Shown here: positions 36,589-44,770 of the stretch, in pieces
Layout: every line of letters begins with the position of its first letter
Position numbering within the stretch: position 1 is the stretch's first letter
Source: Deltaproteobacteria bacterium
Lineage (GTDB): Bacteria > Myxococcota_A > Polyangia > Polyangiales > Houyiibacteriaceae
DNA: 59,297 bases
Direction: 5' to 3'
Assembly (NCBI GenBank): GCA_013151775.1
Contig: JAADHO010000307.1
Span: 1 to 59,297, forward strand
Made by a program: the position numbers and the translations under genes
The notes under the pieces: model-generated
What the model was told of the DNA's origin: nothing
The model's database searches: none
Seen by the model: only the letters and a program-made list of their open reading frames with translations

Positions 36589-37104
36589 ATGCCCACTCAC
36601 CCACACTCGGGCTCGACCTATGTGCTCGGCTTGGGCGCCAACCTCGGCGACCGGTTCGCCTCTCTGCGACAGGCCTGCCTGCTGCTCGACGCCTCGGAGG
36701 ATCTCCGGGTCGTAGCGGAGTCGCCCGTCTACGAGACGGACCCGGTCGGCCCGCCCCAGCCGCGCTACTTGAACGCGGCCATCCGAGTGGAGACCACGCG
36801 CAGCCCCGAGTCCCTGCTCGACTTGGCCCTTGCCACGGAGGCTCGCATGGGTCGAGACCGGCGCGAGTCGGTGCGTTGGGGCCCACGGATCATCGATATC
36901 GATCTGCTCTATGCATTCCACAAGACGCTCTCGAGCCCGCGATTGCAGCTGCCCCACGCCCACCTGCTCGAGCGATCCTTCGCCTTGGCGCCCCTCTTGG
37001 ACGTGGCCCCCGAGCTGCGCGAGTGCTTCGGGGACACCCTCGCTCAACTCGGGGGGACTCCGAAAACGCACGCTCCGACCCTCAGGGGTGCCCGGGAAGA
37101 TTGA
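36589..37104 (+). CDS. folK: 2-amino-4-hydroxy-6-hydroxymethyldihydropteridine diphosphokinase (HPPK)
   Basis: YVLGLGANLGDR, SPVYETDPVGPPQPRYLNAAI, WGPRIIDIDLL and LPHAHLLERSFALAPL are all readable. Confidence 0.92.
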   Translation: MPTHPHSGSTYVLGLGANLGDRFASLRQACLLLDASEDLRVVAESPVYETDPVGPPQPRYLNAAIRVETTRSPESLLDLALATEARMGRDRRESVRWGPRIIDIDLLYAFHKTLSSPRLQLPHAHLLERSFALAPLLDVAPELRECFGDTLAQLGGTPKTHAPTLRGARED

Positions 37105-37170
37105 GGATCCGGCCGCGGCGCAGTAGGATCGCCAAACCGCGACGCTCACGACGAGCGCTCGGAGGAGATC

Positions 37171-39051
37171 ATGGCTGACACTCGCAAAGATCGCCGCGCG
37201 CCCATGTCATTGAAGGTGCGCTTCAAGAGCGCCACCCTCGACGAATTCGTGGAGCATTACAGCCACGACATCTCCCGCGGAGGCATCTTCATCAAGTCGA
37301 AGAAGCCGATGGCGATGGGCACCTTGTTGAAATTCGAGCTGCAGCTCGAGGACCAGTCTCGGGTGATCCGTGGCGTCGGCAGGGTGGTCTGGTCGCGCGA
37401 CGCGGAGCAGGTCGGAAACCTCCCCGGCGTAGCCGCGGGCATGGGCATCAAGTTCATCAAGATGGACGCCGAGAGTCGTGGCTTCGTGCAGCGCATCGTC
37501 GATCAACGCGACAACGCGCCCGGCACCTTCGATCAAGGCGCGGACCCGGCGCCCAAGCAAGAGGGCTTCTTCCCGGATCTGCCCGCGGCTGAGCTGCCTC
37601 CGCCGGAAGACCGCACCACCGTGCGCCACGCCAGCGAATTCCTCGCTACGGCTCTGGCCGACGGGGACGAGGACGCGGCCAAGGAGGCGGAAGCCAACGC
37701 CGAGGCGGCGCGCAAGCGCACGGAGGAGATCCAGCGTGAGCGCGAGGCCGCGGCCAAGGCCAAGGCCGCCGCGGAGGCGGCGCCCGCCGCACAGGACCTC
37801 GGCGATCCTGACGATGACGACGAAGCCACCGTGATGGCCGAGGGGATGGTCGACATCGCCGCCGCTGCCGACGCCGCGATCGCGAAGCAAGCGGAAGAGG
37901 AGGAGGCGACACGCATGGCGCCGGGCCTCTCCGCAGAGACGGCCGCCGCCGCCGAGGCCGAGGTGGCGAAGCCCGAGCCCGAGCCCGTGACGCCCGCGAA
38001 GTCGACGCCCGTGGTCGCGACGCCCGCTAAGCCCGAGCCCGCGAAACCCCTCAAGTCGGAGCCGAAGACGCCCAAGGCCGCCGCCAAGCCAGCCGCGAAG
38101 CTCGCTCCTCCGCCCGCCGCGCAGTCGGCGGAAGGCTCCCGCTCTCTGGCTCTGCCCATCATCTTGGGTCTGGCCGCGATCGCCGTCATTGGCTACGTCG
38201 TCTACAGCCGCTCCCAGACCCCGCAGCAGATCGAGCCCGTGGCAGACACCACATCCACGCCTCAGGTCGAGCCCGAGCCTATTCCGGAACCCATCCCGGT
38301 GCCCGAGCCCGTGCCAGAGGTCAGCGACGCAGCCGCGCCCGGAGTCCAGACGGTGAGCCTCGAGGTCGAGTCCACGCCAGCGGGAGCGCAGGTGCGCGTG
38401 GCCGGCGAGCTGCTCGGTCAGACGCCCGTGTCCGTGAGTCTGCCTGCGGACACCGCGTCCACCATGACGTTGAAGCTCGCGGGCTACGCCGAGCTGAGCC
38501 GTGAGGTCACGCCGAGCGAGGGCGCGACCGAGAGCTTCACCCTCGAGGCGCTCCCCTTCGTGCTCGACGTACGCACGATCCCCGCGGGAGCTCGCGTCTC
38601 CGCGGGCGGCCAAGCCGTGTCTGCACCCGGTGAGCTGCGCTACCCACGCCTCTCGCGCAGCATCCTCGTGATCGCGACCAAGCGTGGATACGCGCGCAAC
38701 ACGGTCACGGTCGAGCCCGGGACCTTCGAGGAGCGCGACGGAGCGATGCGTCGCTCGGTGGAGATCACGCTCGAGGAATCGTCGGGCCACTCCATTCGGG
38801 GATCCGGCGGCATGATGGCTAACATGATGACCGAGCCCGCGATGATCGAGCCGGTGATGACCGAGCCGGTGATGACCGAGCCCGCCATGACCGAGCCCGC
38901 CATGACCGAGCCTGCCATGACCGAGCCCGCCATGACCGAAGCGCCAGCGATGACTGAGCCTGTGATGACTGAGCCCGCGATGACCGAGCCTGTGATGACC
39001 GCGCCCGCCATGGCGCCGACGATGGCGCCCATCCCAGACAACCCCTTCTGA
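37171..39051 (+). CDS. PilZ domain - TM - PEGA domain protein with C-terminal Met-rich tandem repeat
   Basis: The N-terminal PilZ domain has RKDRR (RxxxR) and DISRGG (DxSxxG). An A/E/P/K-rich linker follows, then the TM helix LALPIILGLAAIAVIGYVVY. PEGA-like segments are STPAGAQVRVAG and TIPAGARVSAGG. The C-terminus is (M-T-E-P-A/V)n. GGAGGAG lies upstream of ATG 37171. Confidence 0.9.
   Translation: MADTRKDRRAPMSLKVRFKSATLDEFVEHYSHDISRGGIFIKSKKPMAMGTLLKFELQLEDQSRVIRGVGRVVWSRDAEQVGNLPGVAAGMGIKFIKMDAESRGFVQRIVDQRDNAPGTFDQGADPAPKQEGFFPDLPAAELPPPEDRTTVRHASEFLATALADGDEDAAKEAEANAEAARKRTEEIQREREAAAKAKAAAEAAPAAQDLGDPDDDDEATVMAEGMVDIAAAADAAIAKQAEEEEATRMAPGLSAETAAAAEAEVAKPEPEPVTPAKSTPVVATPAKPEPAKPLKSEPKTPKAAAKPAAKLAPPPAAQSAEGSRSLALPIILGLAAIAVIGYVVYSRSQTPQQIEPVADTTSTPQVEPEPIPEPIPVPEPVPEVSDAAAPGVQTVSLEVESTPAGAQVRVAGELLGQTPVSVSLPADTASTMTLKLAGYAELSREVTPSEGATESFTLEALPFVLDVRTIPAGARVSAGGQAVSAPGELRYPRLSRSILVIATKRGYARNTVTVEPGTFEERDGAMRRSVEITLEESSGHSIRGSGGMMANMMTEPAMIEPVMTEPVMTEPAMTEPAMTEPAMTEPAMTEAPAMTEPVMTEPAMTEPVMTAPAMAPTMAPIPDNPF
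38827..39033 (+). repeat. in-frame 15-nt tandem repeat array (consensus ATGACCGAGCCCGCC; about 12 units plus degenerate ends)
   Basis: Direct reading gives MTEPA MIEPV MTEPV MTEPA MTEPA MTEPA MTEPA MTEAPA MTEPV MTEPA MTEPV MTAPA MAPT MAPI. The units differ mostly at the Ala/Val codon and at wobble positions. Confidence 0.95.
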
Positions 39052-39053
39052 GT

Positions 39054-39812
39054 CTAGCGCCAGCGTCGGCCGTCGAAGCGTGGCTTCGCGAAGGCCGGCG
39101 CCGGTCCGCTCTCTGGCTGCGCCCCGCGCGGCCTGCCCATTAGCAGGGCGCGTACCAGCACGATCCCCGCGACGAAGCCGCCCACATGCGCGAAGAAGGC
39201 CACGCCTCCGCCCGTGCCCGTGGAGCCGAGCGTGCCCAAGGCAGAGAGCAGCTGAAATCCGAACCAGACGAAGATGAAGAGGAAGGCCGGCAGCTCGATC
39301 AGCTGAATGAAGATGATGATGAAGACCAGCGTGACCACGCGAGCTCGCGGAAAGAGCATCACGTATCCGGCCATCACGGCGGAGATGGCGCCCGACGCGC
39401 CGACCATGGGGATGGTGCTGTGGGGACCGATGGCGACCTGCATCGCCGCCGCTGCGAGTCCTCCCAGTAGATAGAAGAGCAGAAAACGCCCGCGCCCCAG
39501 CGTGTCCTCGACGTTGTCACCGAAGATATAGAGGAACCACATGTTGCCGATCAGGTGCAGCCAGCCGCCGTGCATGAACATGCTCGTCAGCGGGGTGATC
39601 AGCGCGCCCAAGGCGCCGCCCTCGGAGCGCGGCAGCCAGATGTCGGAGCCGGTGAGCACATCCGGGATCAGGCCGTAGCGCATCACCAGAGCCTGCAGCC
39701 CGTCTGATCCATGCGCCCATTGGAAGAGCCAGACCAGCACGTTCAGCGCGATCAACGCCCAGGTCACGACCGGCGTGCGGCGAGTCGGGTTCAGATCGCG
39801 GAGCGGGAACAC
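39054..39812 (-). CDS. rhomboid family intramembrane serine protease
   Basis: FMHGGWLHLIGNMWFLYIFGDNVE, GASGAISAVMAGY (GxSG catalytic Ser) and FFAHVGGFVAG (catalytic His) are readable. GTG start at 39812. Confidence 0.92.
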   Translation of the reverse strand: MFPLRDLNPTRRTPVVTWALIALNVLVWLFQWAHGSDGLQALVMRYGLIPDVLTGSDIWLPRSEGGALGALITPLTSMFMHGGWLHLIGNMWFLYIFGDNVEDTLGRGRFLLFYLLGGLAAAAMQVAIGPHSTIPMVGASGAISAVMAGYVMLFPRARVVTLVFIIIFIQLIELPAFLFIFVWFGFQLLSALGTLGSTGTGGGVAFFAHVGGFVAGIVLVRALLMGRPRGAQPESGPAPAFAKPRFDGRRWR

Positions 39813-39889
39813 CCGCTCAAGCTAAGGATAACTCGCTCGGCGTCAACGCAGTGTGGTCGACGCACGGTCCGCACGGATCGCGCCTTCGC

Positions 39890-40936
39890 TCAGCTCGCGG
39901 GCAGGTCGAGGGCTCGCCAGCGCAGCATTCCGCCGGCGACATTCGCAGCGTCGAAGCCCGCCTTGCGAAGGATCTGCATGGCCATGGCGGAGCGCCGGCC
40001 GGAACGACACAGGATCGCTACGGGCTTGTCCTTGGGCAGCTCCTCGAGCCGATCACGGAGCTCGTTCAACGCGATGCAGACGCAGCCCTCGAGCTTGCCG
40101 AGCTCTCCAGTCAGCTCCTGCTCCGTGCGCACGTCGAGCAGCACGACGGCGTCCCGATGTTCCGCCACCCAGCGCGGATCGATCTCGAGGATCCCCGCGT
40201 AGGTCGCCACCACCGGTCCCCACTCCGCGACCTTGGCGACTATCCCATCCTCCGGTTCGCCGCAGCGACCGTTGGCCGGCAGCGCCGCGGCGATCTTCTT
40301 CGGATGGGGCAGCCGCATGTTGTCCATGTAGCCGACGAAATCGGCCTCGCTGGCCTCGCCGCCTACGCGCGGGTTGTGCGTGCACTCCTCTTCGACCGAG
40401 CTGACGGTGCGTCCCGCGTAGTCGTGCGCCGGGTAGACCAGCGTCTGCTTGGGCAGCGTGAAGATCTGCTCGCGAATCGAGCGATAGAGTGTAGCGGCGT
40501 CGCCCGCCTGAAAGTCCGTGCGACCGGCGCCGCGGATCAGCAGCGCGTCTCCGGTGAACACCCGATCCGCGAACACGTAGCTCACGCATCCATCCGTGTG
40601 TCCCGGCGTCGCGCGGACCTCGATCGCGTAGTGGCCCATGGGGATCACGTTTCCGTGCTCGATGGGCAGATCGACGCCGCTCGCGCCGCAGCGCTTCGAC
40701 AGCGCGACCTTGCTGCCGACGGCCTTCTTCATCAGCCACGCACCGGTGATGTGATCCGCGTGCTGATGGGTGTCGAGCGTGTGGGTCAACGAGAGCCCGA
40801 GCTCGCGGAGGATCGCGAGGTCGCGTTGGTGCTGCTCGAACACGGGATCGATCAACACGGCCTGTCGCCCCACGGGATCGGCGAGCAGATAGGTGTAGGT
40901 GGAGGACTCGGCGTCGAAGAGCTGGCGAAAAATCAT
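39890..40936 (-). CDS. persulfide dioxygenase (ETHE1-like MBL fold) fused to a rhodanese domain
   Basis: ATG 40936 gives MIFRQLFDAESSTYTYLLAD. The metal motif is THQHADHITG. The C-terminal rhodanese domain has the active-site loop ILCRSGRRS. Confidence 0.9.
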   Translation of the reverse strand: MIFRQLFDAESSTYTYLLADPVGRQAVLIDPVFEQHQRDLAILRELGLSLTHTLDTHQHADHITGAWLMKKAVGSKVALSKRCGASGVDLPIEHGNVIPMGHYAIEVRATPGHTDGCVSYVFADRVFTGDALLIRGAGRTDFQAGDAATLYRSIREQIFTLPKQTLVYPAHDYAGRTVSSVEEECTHNPRVGGEASEADFVGYMDNMRLPHPKKIAAALPANGRCGEPEDGIVAKVAEWGPVVATYAGILEIDPRWVAEHRDAVVLLDVRTEQELTGELGKLEGCVCIALNELRDRLEELPKDKPVAILCRSGRRSAMAMQILRKAGFDAANVAGGMLRWRALDLPAS

Positions 40937-41003
40937 GCCGCGCAGCATACGCAGGTTCACCGCGCATGCGCAATCTGAGCGACTGACATGATCGACAGCG
41001 GGC

Positions 41004-42713
41004 TCAGTGTGACATGCCCCGGCCCAGGTTTATGAGCTTGGCGCCAGCGCCCGGGGCGAGGATCAGCTTCACGCGCAGCGCATCGGGCTCCACGCTCACG
41101 CTGAGCGCGACGGGGACGGTGGCTTCGCCGGCAGGCGTCCCGCCTTCGCCGTCAGGCCTTCGTGCGCCCATCATGCCGGCCACGCTGGGCATGAGTCCAA
41201 CGACGTTGACGAGTGCTGCGAGCACGCTCTGATCCGGCGAGGCGCTCAGCAGACGTTGGCTCGCGGCGTCGAGTTCCGTCATACGCGCCTCGGACGCGTA
41301 GGCGCGCGTCATCGCGTTGGCCACGCCCACAGCCTCCCCTGGCTCTCGATTCGAGGCGGGGCTCAACACCAGGCCTCGCACCATTTGGCTACGCGTCAGG
41401 ACGATCTCACGCTTCGCACCCTCGCAGCCGCCCACGCGCAGGGCGCCGTCCTCGGACGTGACCCCGGGCGCGCCGTCGCCGCAGCCGATCACGAGGCCGA
41501 GCGGGCGCAGCAGCCACGCCGATCCCAGCGCCGTGCGCACGGCGGCTTGCACGTCTAGCTGCGACTCGGAGTGACCGAAGTAGGCCAGGAAGGAGTGCCC
41601 ATCGCGTCCGCCGATCGCCAGACCGACTGGGCCCGAACCGTCGTAGAGCGCCTCGCCGATCTGCGTGAAGGCCTGCTGCTGCGCCGGCGTCACGCGCTCA
41701 CCGAGCAACGCTGTCAGCCAAGACTCGCCCTCTCGATCTGGGGGCATCGCGACCAAGAGGCGCAACGACGCCGTTGGCATGCGGGCCAGGTCGCGGGTTT
41801 TCAACGCATGGAGACTGGCCAAGGCGATCGCCAAGGGCGATCCCGTCGTCACCGCCACGCGTAGGTCGAAGGTCGGACCCGCGGGCCCGTCGCTGAGCGT
41901 GAGCGTCAGCTCGCCCACATCGGGCAGGAGCGCGACCAGGGCGCGCAGCTTGCGCTCCGCCAGATTCAACGCGGCCTCGGGATCGGCCAGCTCCGGCCGG
42001 TCGGTGTGACGGGTGCGCTCGGCTTCCAGATCACGTCGCGCCTTGGCGGCCCAGCGATCGACCGCCGCGTTCGCCATGGCGTGGAGCGACCGCGAGACGA
42101 ACCCCGGCTCGACCTGCAGCGTCAAGCCCGGCGAGTGATCTTCAGCCATCGCACGGGTCGCGAGCCACGCCTGCCCTTGGTTCACCGCCTCGCGAGTGTC
42201 GCCCACGATCAGCACGTCACCTGCGAGCGCCAGCGCTGGCAGTGTGTCCGCGCCGATCCAATGGGCGCCGCCCGTCAGCGCTTCGCCGAGGGCGAATTCG
42301 GGACCGAGTGGGTGCGCCGCGTCCTGCTCCAGCCTCACGCGCGCTGCGTAGACGTGCTTGGCGTGGTTGGCGTCTCCGAGCACCAGGCTCTCGAGGGGTG
42401 AGTCGTCGAGCACGCGCGCCTGGAGACCGCTCGGGAGTTCGATCACTCGGCTCAGCAGATCGCCCGATGTGCGTGGAAAAGCGGTCGCCACGACGCCCTC
42501 TCCGAACTGTTCGCGCAGCGCTTCGAGGAAGTTCGAGCCGCCGCGAAAGTGCAGCTCCGCGCGCGTGTCCGCGGGCCTCACGGCGGGCGCCGTTGGCTCG
42601 CTGGCGGGCGTGGGTGAGCTCGCATCGCACGAGTCGCAGGCCCCGGCGCCGACCAGGCTCAGCGCGAGCGCGATCAGCGCACGGTGACCTCTCAGAAAAC
42701 GTGTCGAGTCCAT
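41004..42713 (-). CDS. putative lipoprotein, unknown function
   Basis: 569 aa beginning MDSTRFLRGHRALIALALSLVGAGAC|DS (lipobox). No family recognised. Confidence 0.6.
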   Translation of the reverse strand: MDSTRFLRGHRALIALALSLVGAGACDSCDASSPTPASEPTAPAVRPADTRAELHFRGGSNFLEALREQFGEGVVATAFPRTSGDLLSRVIELPSGLQARVLDDSPLESLVLGDANHAKHVYAARVRLEQDAAHPLGPEFALGEALTGGAHWIGADTLPALALAGDVLIVGDTREAVNQGQAWLATRAMAEDHSPGLTLQVEPGFVSRSLHAMANAAVDRWAAKARRDLEAERTRHTDRPELADPEAALNLAERKLRALVALLPDVGELTLTLSDGPAGPTFDLRVAVTTGSPLAIALASLHALKTRDLARMPTASLRLLVAMPPDREGESWLTALLGERVTPAQQQAFTQIGEALYDGSGPVGLAIGGRDGHSFLAYFGHSESQLDVQAAVRTALGSAWLLRPLGLVIGCGDGAPGVTSEDGALRVGGCEGAKREIVLTRSQMVRGLVLSPASNREPGEAVGVANAMTRAYASEARMTELDAASQRLLSASPDQSVLAALVNVVGLMPSVAGMMGARRPDGEGGTPAGEATVPVALSVSVEPDALRVKLILAPGAGAKLINLGRGMSH

Positions 42714-42746
42714 CGCGCGAGCATAGTCTGAAAACCGGAGACGGGG

Positions 42747-42821
42747 TGGGGACGCTCTGCGTCATTGCGTCATTCGAAGCGTCGTGCGCCTCGAATGACG
42801 CAATGACGCAGAGCGTCCCCA
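42747..42821. repeat. perfect 31-bp-arm inverted repeat (75-bp palindromic element) in divergent intergenic region
   Basis: Arm 42747-42777 (TGGGGACGCTCTGCGTCATTGCGTCATTCGA) is the exact reverse complement of 42791-42821. The 13-nt centre can pair further (GCG/CGC). Each arm contains the tandem 8-mer GCGTCATT GCGTCATT. Confidence 0.97.
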
Positions 42822-42835
42822 TGCTATGAGGCAGC

Positions 42836-44770
42836 ATGCGCGCCGCCGAACTGCTCGGACCCTCGGGGCCCATCGCGCGCGCTCTCGAAGGCTACGAGCA
42901 CCGCGAGGGGCAGCTCGCCATGGCGGAGGCGGTGGAGCGCGTGCTCGAGCGCGAGGGTGTGCTCTTCGTCGAGGCGGGCACGGGCATTGGCAAGACCCTC
43001 GCGTACTTGGTGCCGGCCCTGCGCTCGGGGCAGAAGGTGATCCTCTCGACCGGTACGCGGAACCTTCAAGATCAGATCATGAAGAAGGATCTACCCTGGC
43101 TCCGCGAGCACCTCGAACCGGGTGGCTTCGGCCGGGATGAGAGCCGCACCGTGTGCTTGAAGGGGCTGTCGAACTACGTCTGCCTGCACCGGCTGGTGAG
43201 TCATCGGCTCAGCCTGCCGGGCATCGAAGGCGAGCGTGAGCGTCAGCTCGCGGTGCTCGACGCCTGGGTGGAGCGCACGCAAGACGGCGATCGGGCGGAG
43301 CTGCGCGAGCTCGACGAGGACGCGCCCATCTGGTCCGACGTGACGAGCTCCACGGACACGCGCATCGGTCCACGCTGCGACTACTACGAGGACTGCTTCG
43401 TCACGCGCGCGCGGCGACGGGCCGAGGCGGCGGACATCGTGGTCGTGAATCATCACCTCTTCTTTGCCGACCTGGCGCTGCGTCGCAGCCGAGGCGTCGG
43501 AGTGTTGCCCGACTATCAGGTCGTGATCTTCGACGAGGCGCATCAGATCGAGGACGTGGCCACGCAGTTCTTCAGCGCGCAGCTCTCCTCGACGCAGCTC
43601 ACGCGCTTGGCCAAGGACGCGACGCGCACGCTCTCGCGCATGCGCGCCAAGCAGGTCGGCGCGCGTCTGGCGGAGTCTCTCGCGCTGCGCAGCCAAGCGT
43701 TCTTCGAGCACGTCCCGCGGGCAGCCTCCGGCGTGCGCGTGGATCTGCCCGACGAGCTGCTCCATGGACAGCTCGAGGCGTCCCTCTTCGCCCTCGACAG
43801 CGCCCTCGAAGCGCTCGGTGCGCACATCGCGAATCAGGACGACGCGAGCGAAGGCGCCGAGCAGGTCGGACGACGCGTGGCGGGTCAGCGCGGCGCTCTG
43901 GCGCAGATCCTCGAGGGCGCTCGCGGTGGACGCATCTGCTACGCGCAGGCCTCGAAGCGCGGTGTAAAGGTGGCGTCGAGCCCGGTGCATGTGGGTGAGC
44001 TGCTGCGCGAGGAGCTCTTCACGCCCACGCCCACGGTGGTGCTGACGAGCGCGACCCTGACCACGTCGGGAAAGTTCTCCTTCATCGAGAGCCGCCTTGG
44101 TGTGGACTTCGAGGTCGAGGAGCTGTGCGTGCCCTCGAGCTTCGACTATCCGGCGCAGGCGGGCATCTACACCCCCGCCGACATGCCCGACCCGCGCTCG
44201 GCGAGCTTCCTCGATCGCGCGGAGGCCGAGGTGAAGGAGTTGGTGGCGATCAGCGGCGGTGGCGCCTTCGTGCTCAGCACCTCGAAGCGCGTCATGAAGG
44301 AGCTTCATCGACGCTGCGCAGGCGATCTTCCCGGGCCCGCGCTGCTGCAAGGGCAGGCGCCCAAGGCTGCCCTGCTCGAGCGTTTTCGCGCCGCTGGCGA
44401 CGCCACGCTCTTCGCCACCGCGAGCTTTTGGGAAGGCGTCGACGTTCCCGGTCAGGCGCTGAGGCTCGTGGTGATCGACAAGCTGCCCTTCGCCGTGCCC
44501 ACGGATCCGTTGATCGCCGCGCGCTGCAACATGTTGGAGCAGGAAGGTGTCTCTTCCTTCATGAAATACCTCCTTCCACAGGCCGCCCTGGCTCTCGAGC
44601 AGGGCTTCGGTCGCCTGATCCGTAGCAACAGCGATCGCGGCGTGGTCGCCATCCTCGATAGCCGCATCGTCACCAAGGGCTACGGCAAGACCTTCCTCAA
44701 GAGCCTGCCGCCCGCGCGCCGGATCCACGACCTCGACGGCGTCCGCGCCTTCTTCCACGAGGCGTCGTGA
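42836..44770 (+). CDS. dinG: DinG/XPD-family ATP-dependent DNA helicase with FeS-cluster cysteines
   Basis: FVEAGTGIGKTLAYLVPAL (Walker A), four Cys (VCLKG, YVCLHR, PRCDYYEDC), VVNHHLFFADL, VIFDEAHQIED (DEAH) and LTSATL are readable, along with C-terminal helicase motifs. Confidence 0.9.
   Translation: MRAAELLGPSGPIARALEGYEHREGQLAMAEAVERVLEREGVLFVEAGTGIGKTLAYLVPALRSGQKVILSTGTRNLQDQIMKKDLPWLREHLEPGGFGRDESRTVCLKGLSNYVCLHRLVSHRLSLPGIEGERERQLAVLDAWVERTQDGDRAELRELDEDAPIWSDVTSSTDTRIGPRCDYYEDCFVTRARRRAEAADIVVVNHHLFFADLALRRSRGVGVLPDYQVVIFDEAHQIEDVATQFFSAQLSSTQLTRLAKDATRTLSRMRAKQVGARLAESLALRSQAFFEHVPRAASGVRVDLPDELLHGQLEASLFALDSALEALGAHIANQDDASEGAEQVGRRVAGQRGALAQILEGARGGRICYAQASKRGVKVASSPVHVGELLREELFTPTPTVVLTSATLTTSGKFSFIESRLGVDFEVEELCVPSSFDYPAQAGIYTPADMPDPRSASFLDRAEAEVKELVAISGGGAFVLSTSKRVMKELHRRCAGDLPGPALLQGQAPKAALLERFRAAGDATLFATASFWEGVDVPGQALRLVVIDKLPFAVPTDPLIAARCNMLEQEGVSSFMKYLLPQAALALEQGFGRLIRSNSDRGVVAILDSRIVTKGYGKTFLKSLPPARRIHDLDGVRAFFHEAS

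Noticed and set aside
38827-39033. The 15-nt repeat array as a CRISPR-like or other non-coding repeat.
   Set aside because: The units are contiguous with no spacers. They are in frame with, and inside, a well-supported CDS. Their substitutions are constrained to Ala/Val and wobble positions. This is a coding tandem repeat.
42747-42821. Reading the large hairpin as a Rho-independent (bidirectional) terminator.
   Set aside because: The flanking genes are transcribed away from it in divergent orientation, so nothing terminates there. There is also no U/A tract flanking the stem.
42714-42835. A LexA/SOS box upstream of dinG.
   Set aside because: I could not recognise any known LexA-box consensus in the region, which is dominated by the palindrome. 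A lineage-specific box cannot be excluded without a motif search.
42217-42873. Two ORFs on opposite strands (42217-42873 minus, 42242-42829 plus) that both contain the peptide LCVIASFEA.
   Set aside because: The shared peptide is simply the 31-bp inverted repeat translated from both strands. Neither ORF has other coding support, and both overlap the real lipoprotein gene 41004-42713.
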